Below, one piece after another: positions 11,801 to 26,000 of a stretch of DNA of 64,000 nucleotides. Made by a program: the position numbers and the translations under genes. The notes beneath the pieces are model-generated. The model saw nothing but the letters and a program-made list of their open reading frames with translations, had not been told where the DNA came from and did no database searches. The stretch is from assembly GCA_012295275.1 (NCBI GenBank), contig CM022665.1:11222001-11286000 (forward strand). Reading direction: 5' to 3'. How positions within the stretch are numbered: the stretch's first letter is position 1; the number at the start of each line of letters is the position of its first letter. This DNA is from Chrysomallon squamiferum. Lineage: Eukaryota; Animalia; Mollusca.

Positions 11801-14340
11801 CATTAACTCAGTTCATTGTTTGTTGTTTTTCATTGTTTATATGAATGCTGTTTTGTTTTAGTTCTGTGATCTAGATGATCATTTGTTTTTTTAGGCATCA
11901 GTTGACAAAGATAAAGTTACTAAAGGAAAGGATAAAAAAGATGCTCGTTCAAAGTCCCCAGGCAAAAAAGGTGGCCGGAAGACACCAGAGACTCAAACTG
12001 TCAAGGAAGGGAGCAAACTGAAAAAGAGAGGAGAAGAGGATGACAGTAACAAATACATTGGTAAACATTAGTAAATTTATTTATTGCTGTGAAGCAGGTC
12101 AATGCATTTCCCTGAGCAATAAATGGTTTCAGGATCATTCCTTTTTGGTTATTTTCTGTGCCAATCCCTTCAGTGCCCTTCACTAGTTTATCTCAGGCTG
12201 TTGTATGTGTTTTTTGCTACCTGTATAAAGGTTCTAATAAAATATGCCTTGTTTGTTAATTAATAATTGTAGTTTTTTATGGTAGTGAGTTTCATATTAA
12301 AAATAAAACACAACAACTAAAAAAAACCCCATTAAAATACAATATATAAAACAAAACTCCCCTAATCTTTGACACCTAATATGTTTTGGAATATCTTTAA
12401 AAAATATTCAAATCGTTCATTCATTTAGAAACAAAATGTTTTTCAGAAATAATTATTACAGAGCATAGTCTACATTCTATAGCCTTCATAATATAAATGA
12501 AAGCATTTGTTTATTAAAAAAGAAGCAAAAAAAAACCCCACAAAACCTTCCAGATATAACTGCTTAACAAAGACAACTATTCTGTCAAATTATGATGTGC
12601 ACTGGTTTTAGCAATGTAAAAATGTGAACTGATCTCAAATATCATTTTTAATATAAATTAAATTTACCATTGCTTTACTATATATATTTTTTTAAACAGA
12701 TGATGAGCCTGATGATGGTGCTCAACATTACATTCTTATTTATGGCTTCAACAATCCAAATCTGTTTGCTCAGCTGGCCGATATCAACATTAATGTGGAT
12801 GCCATCATCAAAGTGTTCTCACAAGATTACAATATTTTCAACACTCAAGAAGCTGAAGCCCAGGCTGTTGAAAAGGATGAAAAGACTCTTGGTAAGTCTG
12901 TTGGAGACAATAGCTTGATAATTAATGTAATTCAATTCAAATGTGTCTTATAGTATGTGATTTTAGATACAAGTGTAATATTCATCAAATGTGCCTGGAT
13001 AATTAAATGTAACACTGGAATTTACTCTGAGTGATAATATAGTTATATATCTGTTACAAAAATGGAAAATAAATTTTACTTGTTGATTAAAATAAGTTAA
13101 TTGGTCAGGTTTTTAAAATTAAATTATTATATTATTATTATTATACTTTACAGTTATTTTGACATTAAATTATACCTTTTTAATTTTTAAAATATGGACA
13201 AATTATAATACATTTTGATAAATAATAATAATGATAATGATAACAATAATGATAAAGATAAAGATAATGTTAATAGTAATAGTAATAAAAATAATCATAT
13301 TAATAATAACAACAACAACAAACAACATTAGCATCACCACCTACACCTCAGCAATAACAATAATAATATAATAATTGCTTGTGAAGACCAGTCTCACTGG
13401 ACAACCAAGAAAATTAAAAATAGTATTTTAACTATCTCTTTTCACTATAATATATTTTCAGCACTTGAAGAAGCTGCAAAAGAGGAGAAAAGGGCATTAA
13501 GCAAAGAACTGAAGAAGTTCTGGAAAGATGTTATTTTGTTATTACAGAGAAATGCAGACACTTCAAAACTACATGACATTGCCCAGCTTGAATATGAAGT
13601 GAAATCACTGATTATACCTTCAAACATGGAGGACCCTGAGCAGAAAGTATGGCATAAATAATACAAGACTGGAAAATATATAATTTTAATTGCAAAATAA
13701 CTATATAAAGATGAAAAGAGAACAAAAAGCTCCCCAACAAAACAAAGATAATAAACAAACAAAAAGCCCCCCCTCCAAAAAAAAAACCCACAAAAAAGAA
13801 AGAAGAAATAAATAAATAAATTGATATTTTAATTTTAATTTTTTTTTGTATAATTTTATAATGTTATTTGTAATGTTATAGATTTAGTTTTTAAAGATTT
13901 TCTTTTGTTTATTAATATATTTGTGAAGTTAATTAATTAATTAATTTATATTATTTATTTATACATTTATATTTTTATTTCATTGTTTATATATATATAT
14001 AAATTTAATTTTTTCACAATGCACTGTCATGGTTTTTTTTATTTTGTTATATTTATTTTTTCATACAGTGCCTTTTAATAAAATTCATGTGTATCTTTTA
14101 ACTGTAAAGTTTCTATTGAAAACAAGTCACATAATATTTTAGTATAAAAACAATTGGATTATATAGTATTGTCATTTACTTACTTCTTTTTTAAAAAGTA
14201 AATATATATTAAAAATTTAATAAATGCCTTTCATCTAGTATTTATTTTTAGAAATGATTTCCAGCCTGTTTAATGATCATTAATAATAATAAATAATAAT
14301 GATTATCATCATCATCATCATCATCATTGTTATTATTACA

Positions 14341-14383
<43 letters not shown>

Positions 14384-17300
14384 TTGTGTTAATTTTTCAG
14401 TTGAACTTTGGCAAAACTTTATTTGAGGACATTGCTGTGATGATTTATGACTTGATAGATGCACGACGCCTGTATCGAACATATCTGGAAAATCTCAAAC
14501 TCTATCATGTCCCATTAATTGAGTCACCAGTTGGTCAAGGTTAGCATCAAACTTTCCGTTTTTAAATGGGTTTTTTTTTTTTGTATGTTTGTTTAATAGT
14601 GTAATATTTTGTGATGGATCTGTTTAAAATGTGTGGTAAATATATATATTAAAATTATTTTTTTATTTTATTTTATTTTATTTTATTTTATTTTATTTTA
14701 TTTTTATTTCTTAATTTCTTATGTTTTATTTTTTTATTTTATGTTAATTAATTAAATTATTTATTAGTATATTGTGTTCAGTTTATTTATTTATTTCATT
14801 TTATTTATAATTTCATTTAAATTTTCATTCCTTTTATTTTGTTCAGATATTTTAGTCTTAATTTCAATTTTTTATTATTTTTACAATGAATAGTATTATT
14901 TTAATCATTTATTTTAAATTCTGTTACTTTATTAATTATGTATCATTGATTGTGACACTTCACATGTGCCTGTCTATCTTTGTATCTGTCACTGCTTATT
15001 TTTTATATTCATTATCATTACCAAAAAAATAGAAGCATTGATAGCAAACCATAACATGTGATTAGTTATCATGAATGTTTGTGCATTTGCATGCATGTAT
15101 GATTAACTGAGTGGATATATTCTTGATTTTGTGTTTGCAAGTGTGTGTGTGTGTGTGTGTGCATGTGTGTGTGCATGTGTGTGTTGTGTATTTGTGTATA
15201 TTTTGCATGTATATATGATTATATATATTTGTGTGATTAACTGAGTTGATATATACTTGATTTTGTGTTTGCAAGTATATGTATGTATATGTTTGTATGT
15301 GTGTGTATCTTTATGTGTATAAGAGTATGTATATATCTTGTCCATGTGTATATGTATTTTGTATATGTATGTTTGTGTTTATATATATATAGTCTACATA
15401 TGTATGTTGTTTATGTATTTTGTGTGTGTGTGTGTATTTATGTACTTTCTGTGCTTACATATACATATATTTTAAGTGTATGTGTATGTTGTGTATTTAT
15501 ATATTTTGTATATGTTTGTATGTGTATATATGTAAGGGCCTTTGTATTCATCCGTTTATTCGTGATTTATTTTTCTAAAAAAACAGTGTGGCTTGCTAAC
15601 ATCCGTACCATTTCACCTGATTGGCGCATATTCAAAGCTAATTCGATTATTTCTTTAGCCATACAGGTTAAGCAAATAATTAGTCTTTAAATTATTTTCA
15701 TAAAGAAACACAATCTACAGGGACAGCAACACCACAGACAGCGCCAAACAATGTCCCACCAGCTGATGATACTCCACAAGTGGACATGCGGTACTACAAT
15801 GATCTGATGAACACAATTCCACAGGAAAGTGTCAGTGTCTCTCTTGTACTGTACTGCATGTTGGAACAGGTAATTTTAATTGAAAAAAAGAAAAAGAAAG
15901 ACACCTGCACAATATTTAACTATTAATTTGTCCCAACTTTAGTGGAAAATAGCCCTTGTTGGTATTAGAAATTTAATTAATGTATATTTGTGGCCTTGGT
16001 TTGTTTGTTGCATTGAGATAAATAATAGTCCAATGTTAATTAAGTTTTTGAAAAATCTAGAGTGGAGATATTGTTACAGTTAGGTATTCAAATTTAAAAA
16101 AAAATAAAAAAAAAAAAAAATAAATAAAAACAAACCATCTTATAATTATGTGAACAAGTAACAATTTCATTTCATTATGGTTATATTTTTACTTTTTTTT
16201 TTGATTTACTAATGTTAATGATTTTTCCTGTCTTTGTTAGATAAGTGCAACAGATGAAAATCGTGACCCTCCCAGTGAGATACCTCCCCCTCTCAGGACT
16301 GATGGTTTAAACAATGAACTGGCAACTCATCTTGGCAATGTGGCATTCAAACTTGCCCTCACAGATGAAGAACATAAAGTAAAAACTTAAACTATTCATT
16401 AATTCAGTAGTTTTGTTATATGCCAAAATTTTATAATATTCATTTAAAAAATATGGGTTTCACTGCATGCTAAAATATGAAAAAATTAGATGTTTATTCT
16501 CCTTCATTATCATCTTTATCATGAACAAACCATAATCATTTTGATATCATAAGTCATTGAAGTTTATGAATAAACTTTCTGCAAAAAATATTTTGTAAAC
16601 ATTTGTAAAGGTTTTCAATGACTATTAATTTATAACAACTGTCAGGATCCTTTTAAATATTAAATTATTAATTAAGCTAAGAAAATTATTCTAAAATTTA
16701 AAATTGACTTACTTTTGTATTTTCTATTTATTTTTGTTGTAAGGTAAATATAATTATTCATTTGGCAGAAAACGCAATTTACATAACATCAACAAAAATT
16801 TTCATTATTATTATTTTTAAATCTTTTATTACAGATTCTGTCAAATGTTTTTGATCTTCCTGAGCTACCTCAAGACTCTCCAAACCAGCCACTGATAATA
16901 AACCATCATGATGATGTTACAGTTCGAACCCACCATCTTCAACCAACATATGGGTTCAATGCTATGGATGTGGAGAAAGACATGTTAAAAAGACTGCCAT
17001 TTGCCAGTCTGTGTGATCTGCCAAGACCCACATCAGTGGTTGCTAGAGAAAGAGCAGCAAGATTACAGGAACTCATTCATTTTTGTGCCACCGAGACTCT
17101 GTCTAAATCAGGTACTTGTATTTTTTTGTTTTAATTGCCTGCTCCAACAAGAAGGTAATAGAAGCTTAATTAATTTTTAAAACAAGGTTCATGTTGCTGT
17201 TTGTGTTTGTACCATTGAGACATTATGAAATAACGTTATTTATCTTTTCTTTTTTTTCTTCTATAGTTTTGTTAAACAAAGATGGCAAGAACATTATTTC

Positions 17301-18107
17301 ACTTTAAATTAGACCCTTTTTTTCCTTTTTTTTTTTTGCTGCTTTTAAATATTTTTAATAGACATTCCCAAAAGTTTTACATACTTTTTTCATTAAGCAG
17401 ACAAAAGCAAAATGCTACTTCATTTTACATTTAGGTTCTTGCTGTTATTTGTTTTTATATAGAAACATCATCAAAAACATTTTACTTACTTTGTTTTTAA
17501 GAAGCAAATACAATTACTTTATTTCATTATAAATTACTATATGTACACATTGCAAATTTAATTTATGTATAAATACCTTACCCAAAAAGTTACTTGTTTT
17601 TTCTTTTGATATAAAAAAAAAAAAATTATTTAAGGAGATAGTATTTAAAATATTGATGTGTGAATCCATGGATGTTTGTTATGTAACTTCATCTATTTCA
17701 TCATACACTGATACAGAATTTAAGAAACTGCTGTCTGAATCCTTAGTTCTTAATTGTGTTTTATATTTTCCTACAGAGATTGACAGAGCATTTAAACAGT
17801 TTGTGTTTGAATCCATGGATCTAAAAGTGACTGATCCAAATGGTTTCATCATGACCTTGGAAGGAGAAGGTTTGGAACATTCTGCAATTCCATGGGATGA
17901 CCCATATCCATTCTTCAAAGGAATGATCCCAAAGCAAGACAAAAGTTTGTCACCTCATATTCCAACCTATTCTTATCAATCAGTGGATCATTCTTCAGGT
18001 ATTTCTTAATAATAATAATGGTATCAACAACAACAACAACAATAATGATGATAATAATAATAATAATAAGAAGAACAACAAAAATAAAAGTAATAATGGT
18101 GACAATG

Positions 18108-18138
<31 letters not shown>

Positions 18139-18169
18139 CAACAACAAAAATAAAAGTAATAATGGTGAC

Positions 18170-18210
<41 letters not shown>

Positions 18211-18650
18211 CAACAACAACAACAACAATGATGATGATAATAATAATTTAGTGTATATACATTTTTGTCTCTTATATAGTTTGATCTGAAGAAAATGAAA
18301 TCATACATATTGTATATATGATTTATAAATATACACTAATAGTGACTGGACTATTAGTGATTGAGAAATAATTCGTAGTGTATCATTTGTTATTATGACA
18401 AAATATAACCTGTTGTCTTATGCTTTTAGTAGAACTTTGCAATTAAATATGTTGTCAGTATTCAGCTCCAGAGTTCCAATTTCCAGTTTTCTAGTTACAA
18501 TATAATGACTGTGTGTTGATCCCAAACTCAATTTGTTTCTAAATTTATACACTGTATTTGATTTGGCCAATAAATGATTGATTTGTGGTCTTTCTCTCTC
18601 TCTCATTATCTCTCTCACTCCCTCTTTTTTTCCCTTTCTTTTTCCCTTTT

Positions 18651-18719
<69 letters not shown>

Positions 18720-21700
18720 CTCATGCTGGTGCAGTTGTTGATCATGAAATACTGAAAATATTTCCTGTACTGTTCACAAATCTTGTTTATTATCATACTA
18801 TATTTTGTTTTGTAGGTGCCTCCCTGTCACCTCTGGAAAAGAATCAGTCTTTGGATCTCAGTAAAACTCCATCTGAGCAGTCGCGCCCATCAACATCGGA
18901 GAGCAAGAAAGGCATCCTCCGATCTAGTTCCCGCTCAGAATCACCTATTATCAAACACTCCCGCAGCAACTCAGGTACTTTGAAATTGTTTTTATTTTAT
19001 CAGGATTGTTTATTCCCTGTAAGGTCTGTTACTAATAATGACTTTATTTTCAAAGAATAGAGAAACAACCCAAAGATAATGATAACAATAATGATATTAT
19101 TATTGTTACCATTGTCATCATCTTCATCATCATCATCATCATCATCATCTTCATCTTCATCACTGTCATCACCATCATTATTATTATTATTTTTTTTATT
19201 ATTATTATTATTATTATCATTTTTACCACAATTAAAATACCTAACATTAACATAGAATTAATAATATTTTGGAAAATGCTTTGATTAAAAAAACATTTCT
19301 AGGCTGTTACAAATCTTGGCTGATATGACTGTGAATATACCAACCTATGCAGGTGATATATAGATTAGGAAATTATTTCGTATCTTGATACTGTTTCTTT
19401 TGTGATTATATTTGTAACTATGTCACTATTCTTTTACTCATCAAGTAATATTCAGCTACACAATCACAGGTTATTTTTTAATATATATTTTTTAATCACA
19501 TAAATCATCGCAGTATTTCATTTGGCACTGCAAAACACTTTTTTTTTCACATCTAAGATCGCCATTGTTTCATCTGCAAAATGGGTTAGTAAGTATTTGG
19601 TGTTTACAGTTGTTTAACTGTTTATTTTATGTTTTATTTATTTAAATTTTTGCAAAAATATTTTAATTAATTTAAGATTTCTTAGTTTCATTGTTAATTA
19701 TATTTTTCTTTTATTATTTTCTTTTCATTTGTTTTTATTTCATTTTTGTTTCCTAATTTTTCATTACTTTTATATTTATTGTATTTTTAGTTATTTATTT
19801 ATGTATTTATTTATTTTATTATTATTTTTTTGTTAGTTTGTTTTTGTTTTAAATGACAGTTACTAGATATTTAAAAAATGTTTCTCAAAATGTGAGTTGA
19901 CAGTTAAATAAAAAAAATTAAAAATACTAATAAATAAATAAACAATTATTTGTTTCTAAAACTTATATAGTCAATGATTTATTATTATTATTATTATTAT
20001 TACAGTTACAGAATTACTTTTCTTTTATTACTTGATTTATGCTTTCATTTGTTATCATTAGTATTTATTTTTGTATCATTTAGTATGTAATACAAATTCA
20101 AGTTTATATTAAGTTTATATTCAGGTTTATGTTTTTATTTGAACATTCAGTTTTTGTATTGAACAACAGTTTGCATGTCACAATATATATATACATTTAT
20201 TTTATTTACTTTAAATATAATTATATCAAATAGGAATTGAACAAATAGCCAATTTTTAATTATCCCAGTAATTGTCTTTTAAATTATAACATTTTGACAT
20301 GAAATATTTTCAGTGATGTTAATATGTAAAACATATAATATTTTGACATGAGATTTTATCAATGGAGTTAATATGTAAAACAGATTTATAACATTTTGAC
20401 AAGGAATGTTTTCATTAGTATGAAACACATTATAACATTTTGATATAGAACATATTCAATGGGGTTATTTTCTAACACAGGTAACTATTTCAAATGTTCT
20501 ATAGCATTTTGACTTGGTATGTTATCAGTATGATTTAATATTTCAAACAGATAACATTTAGATATGGAATATTTTCATAAAATTAATATTTAATGTAGGT
20601 AGCTATTTAAAACATTTGGACATTTGGACCTTAGTATGAACGTTGAACATAGGTGAGAATATTTAACGTAGGTCAGTATTTGAAACTTAGCATTTTGACA
20701 TCAGAGTGAGTATTTAACATAGGTCAGTATTCAAAATATAGCATTTTGACATCAGGGTGAATATTTAACATAGATGAATATTTAAAACATAACATTTTGA
20801 CATCAGGGTGAATATTTAACATAGGTCAGTATTTAAAATACAACATTTTGATATCAGGGTGAATATTTAATAATGATCATTATTTAAAAGATATAGCACA
20901 CTGACATGGAATATTATTAGTGAATATATAAAGTGAATATACAAAAGAGATAATAAAAATAATTACAATGAAATTATTTCAGTTCACTTTGAGGTTGAAG
21001 ATGTCGGCTCATCGACACGCCAGGAGACTGTTGACGAGGAAGAGGAGATTACGTCAAAAGAGTCTGAAGATGATGAGAGAACTTTGGAGGACAGCATGAT
21101 GGAAATTGTCGAATCTCAGAAGAGAGTTCTTGATCAGTGGTGTTTTGCAGAACATTTTGAGCCTCATATTATGCTGCAGGTAAGTCATCATTATCATCAT
21201 AATTATGTTGCTGTAGTGTCCTCTTGTTGGGCAAAAGCCTCAGTGTGCTGTTGTCACATCTTCCTGTCTTCTACCATCTTTATTTCCGATTTCAGTGTGA
21301 CGTGTTCAAGTACTGTAAATTTATATTTTTGTAATATTTTCACTTATTACTGTTGGTTCATATATCATTAATGAGTTTCACTATTTCATTGCTAAAGCTG
21401 TTGTATGTATAAAATGTCTTGTCGTTTGATAGATACTGAAGGAAGCAACTTACCACCTGCTGTTTATGGACACTTACTATCACAAACGTGACCACACCCT
21501 GTTAGTCTGTCTTCACAACCCTCACAACTCTGAACTCCAGAATCACATTGGCTGGCACTGTGAAGTCCACTCTAACCTTGGCTTCAGGTCAGTAAAAAAA
21601 TATTTTACACCACCAAAGCATGTTAATTTTACTATCATTTGTTATTATGCCAAACCTGTGAATTTTGTTATACACAAAACCTTAAGAAAACCTACCATAA

Positions 21701-22385
21701 TTGACTGGGAATAGGTCTAGGGTGTCTGAAGCCATTTCTCATCCCCCTACTAAGGGATGGGTTTGTCATGAGCAAGGTGCTCAGTTCAGTAATATATTGT
21801 CATCAAAATATCTTTTATGTGCACTTTGAATATGCATGACAGCACTCGCCATGGCTTTCAGTAATTTGTTCCTGCATTACCATAATTATTTTTCTTCTTC
21901 TTATTATTATTTTACTGTAATTTATTACTACTATTTTTTTTTTTTGGGGTGGGGGGCATTGTATAGAATGTATTGTTACAGAGCATAAAAATTATAATAC
22001 TCAATATGTGACTGATTTTTATAGTATGCTATCTAAATATCCATAATAACACTCTGGTATGCAATCTTTATTGTTATTTCAGTAATCAGCAGAAGGTTAA
22101 TATTTAAAATCTAATATTTTTATCAGAAATTACTTGGAGTATGTAGCTGATTCAATAGCTGACTGGTTGAAGGAGAAAGAGGCAGAGTATCAGGCTAGGT
22201 TACTACAAATAGAAGTTGACAAGTTCAAGAAGGATGAAGAATTGGTTGCAAAAGCTGCAGAAAAAGCTGGAAAAGGCAGGAAGCAGTCATCTGCCAAATC
22301 AAGAAGTACAATTCAAATTTTTTTATTTTGTATATTATTTAGTGTATTTATTTATTTGTTTTGTTTTGTTTATTTGCTTACTTAG

Positions 22386-22428
<43 letters not shown>

Positions 22429-23034
22429 TAGTTTCTTTGTTTCTTTTTTTAAAAGTTTATTTATTCATTTCTTTGTTTACTTATTTTTGAAAAATAAATC
22501 TTAGCTGACAAAAATGTTACTAAAAAGTATAAACATAAACACCCAAATACAACAACAACAACAACAACAACAACAAAAACAAAGAAAAAAAATCTAAATT
22601 AAAATGGGACTTGTAAAAGCTGTTGGAAAATATTTAACAGCTGCAATTTGAAAAAAACTAACCAAAACATTTTACGTTGTTAACAGGTCGATCTCCCAAA
22701 GGGTCGAGATCGAGCAGTCGAGAAAGAGACAGAATGTCTCCTGGCACCCCATTCATCCGAGCAGGGTCACTAAAAGCATGGAAAATGGAACAGGATATGA
22801 TCAAAGCAGAGGAAGAGGAGAAGGAGAGACAGAAGGCAGAGAAAAGAGTAAAATCGCCCAAAAAGGTGAAGTAATTAGTTTATGTGAATGGTTGTGGTTT
22901 AGTTATCTTTAAAATAATCCCAAAGTATGTTAGAGATTATAAAAAAAATGTTATGTTTAAGAAGTATAAATAACTGATAAGAATGACTAATAAGAATATC
23001 CGTGGATCAGGGACAGATATTTTATTACATAAAT

Positions 23035-23074
<40 letters not shown>

Positions 23075-26000
23075 ATTTTTGTTTTCCCCAAATGTCCAAT
23101 AATCATATATGTAAATGTTTTTGTATGTTGTCAAACAAATGAATAAATGAATGACACTGATTAATTTATTGATTTATACACATTCATTCATTCATTTATT
23201 CACTAACTCATTCACACACCGATTCATTCATTCACCCATTCGTCCATTCGTAAATCCAGTCAACCTTTCATCAGTTGATCCTTCCATCTATCTGTCTGTC
23301 CATCCAGTCACTTCAGTTTAGTTTGTATTTCTGCAGAAAGAAGATGAAAAAGATGACAAAGAAAAAGACAGAAAAAGACCCTCGTCTCGTAACAGTTCTC
23401 GCAAGGGATCACAGAAAGGCCAGTCAGAATCAGTAGAATTACCTCTTGGAGATGAAAAATTTTGGAAGGTTTGTTTATCTGGCTTTTAAGTGACTATACT
23501 GGCAAAATCAGTGCAGTAATAGTACATATCTTCCCCTTGAGATGCATTTATTTATTTATTTTTTTATAATAATTATTTTCTTTTTTCTTTTTCTTTTTTT
23601 TTTTTTTTTTTTTTTTTGTTCTCCAATTTCCAAACATGATTTACTGAGCTCCTATGTTTTTGGTATGAATAATTACATGATCTACATTATTATTGTTAGT
23701 TTCTTCCCAAATGAAAATATCTTTACACTTGTCTGGATTTAATAGTCACAATGTATCCTTGTTGGTCAGTACAGCTACATCAATAAACATTGATGTTATT
23801 TTTGTTTTAACAGTTTCAACTAATTTTTGTTTATAATGAAATACAACAGTTATGTATAAATATTTGTGCTGATGCACATATATACATTTATTGTATATAA
23901 TTAAATGAAAAAAAAAAAAACCCAAAACTAAACGCAACACATCTGAAACCCCTCAAAAAACCTCAACTAGAGTAAATTAGGAAAAAGATCTTAATGCTGT
24001 TATTTTTATTGCCATACTTTATTATAAGCAAAAAAGAATAATAATAAAGCCAACTCTGTATGTTTCATTACAGGAAGATTAGAATACAACCTTTAGACTG
24101 ATTTAAATTATACCTTAAAATTTAATTCATGATTTAAGATTAATGACTGTAATATTTATTTTCACACACAGATTTTATTCTTTCATTTTATTAGTTTTAT
24201 GGCTATGATGTTGGCAACAGCTTGATTCATGCTTCTGGTACTTTAACCACACTGTTGCCATCAGATGGTGGACAGATCAGAGTGGAGAGAACAGAATTTG
24301 TACAAGGTATGTCTCAACAGTTCTTATCTGTTAAAGATTGCCCAGATCCTGCATGTTAACTATACCTGTGGCAGTATGAATAAATGATGTAAATAACATT
24401 TTCGTCCTTCCAAGTTATTATAATTGTTACTGTTTTCAGTGACCTATGGTTGCTTATAACAAATAAAATATGACAGTTAAATAATACTGCAGCAAAACAT
24501 TTGAATGCCTCCATTTTATCCCTTTCACAACAGGGAGTGTGAAGTCATTGCATGGGTGATGGACTGATAGCTTTATTCATATTACTAGATCTTGCCTCAT
24601 TTATTTATTATATCAAATTTTGATTCATTTATTTATAATAGTAAATTCTGCTTCATATATTTAGATTACTAGATTTTGCTTTGTTTATTTACAATATTAT
24701 TTTTGTTTCATTTATTTATAATATTAATTTCTGCTACATATATCACTGGATTTTGACTCATTTATGATACTAAATTTTACTTCTCACATTTAACTAGATT
24801 TATTTTTCCAATATTTGTTTTCCCATATTTATTTACAATACAATTTCTTACTTTCTTACAATGGTAATGCTGTACTTTGCCTCATGTATCGATAGCAGAT
24901 TCTCACTGTAATTTCAGCAACAACCTATGTAAAGTCATCCATTTTGAAGGACGGCCATGTGTTTTCAATCCACATTGTCAACCCAAAGGAAGATTTTGAT
25001 GAGGACAATGATAGTGAAATACTGGACACTGAGGACCAGAGAGAGAAAGCTGAATTTGAAAAATCAGAAAAAGATGGTAAATAATATCCTGTTATTTTAT
25101 AGAAATCCAAGATTAAGATTTCTTGTAAAAAAATTCATAGAAACTGAAGCTTAAGTTTTCATGTAAAGTTATTTCATAGAAACTCAATATCAAGATGCTT
25201 GTGAAAACATTTTCAGAGAAATTCAATATCAAGATTGTTTGTAAAGTTTTTTTTATAAAAATTCAAGACTAAGCTTTCTTATGAAGTTATTTCAACCTTT
25301 CTTGCAAAGTTATTTCATAGAAATACAAGATTAAGATTTCTTGTGAAGTAGTATTATAGAGAATGGTATTATAGTTCTATATATTGGCAAATGTTGGAAA
25401 GGAAATTATTATTATTACTGTTACTATTATTGTTGTTGCTCTTGTTGTTGTTATTACTGGAAAAAGAGATGTAAAATGTAAACATTTTTATTATGCACAC
25501 AGAAAATGAGGTGATAGATGAAAATACGAAATCTGTGCAGTCAGAAACGGAAGAGAAGCCAATCAAAGTGCCTGCTGTCAGTGCCTTTGGCTCTATTATA
25601 GCCAACCTTACTGATGGCATGATTCTTTCATTTAGTCACTTTGGTCCCAAAGGAGAAACTGAGGAAGGTTAGATATAATATGATATACTTTTAACTAAAG
25701 AAATAAAACAAAGATATCGTACATACCAGTTAAGGCAATCCACAGTATAAAAATATTATTGACTTCTTTTTTTTAAAATAAATTTTGTTTCTGACTTGTA
25801 TATCTGAAACTTTTTTATATCATATTTTTTTCTCTGTGTTACTTTATGTACTAGAATTATTTGGTAATATTAAGACCTGAGGTATAGTTAAACATTCATT
25901 CATTTTATTCAGTTATTCATTCATTCATTCTATTTGATTATTAATTTTATTCCTCATTCATTCATTATTAATTTATTTTATTCCAGTATTCATCAGTTTT

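Noticed and set aside
15587-15666. Exon-like segment aaacag|TGTGGC...ATACAG|gttaag
   Set aside because: 80 nt; inclusion would shift the SPAG17 frame.
20283-20930. Regularly spaced repeats that superficially resemble a CRISPR array (also 53995-54420)
   Set aside because: Whole units are degenerate tandem copies with no unique spacers; eukaryotic context and no cas genes.
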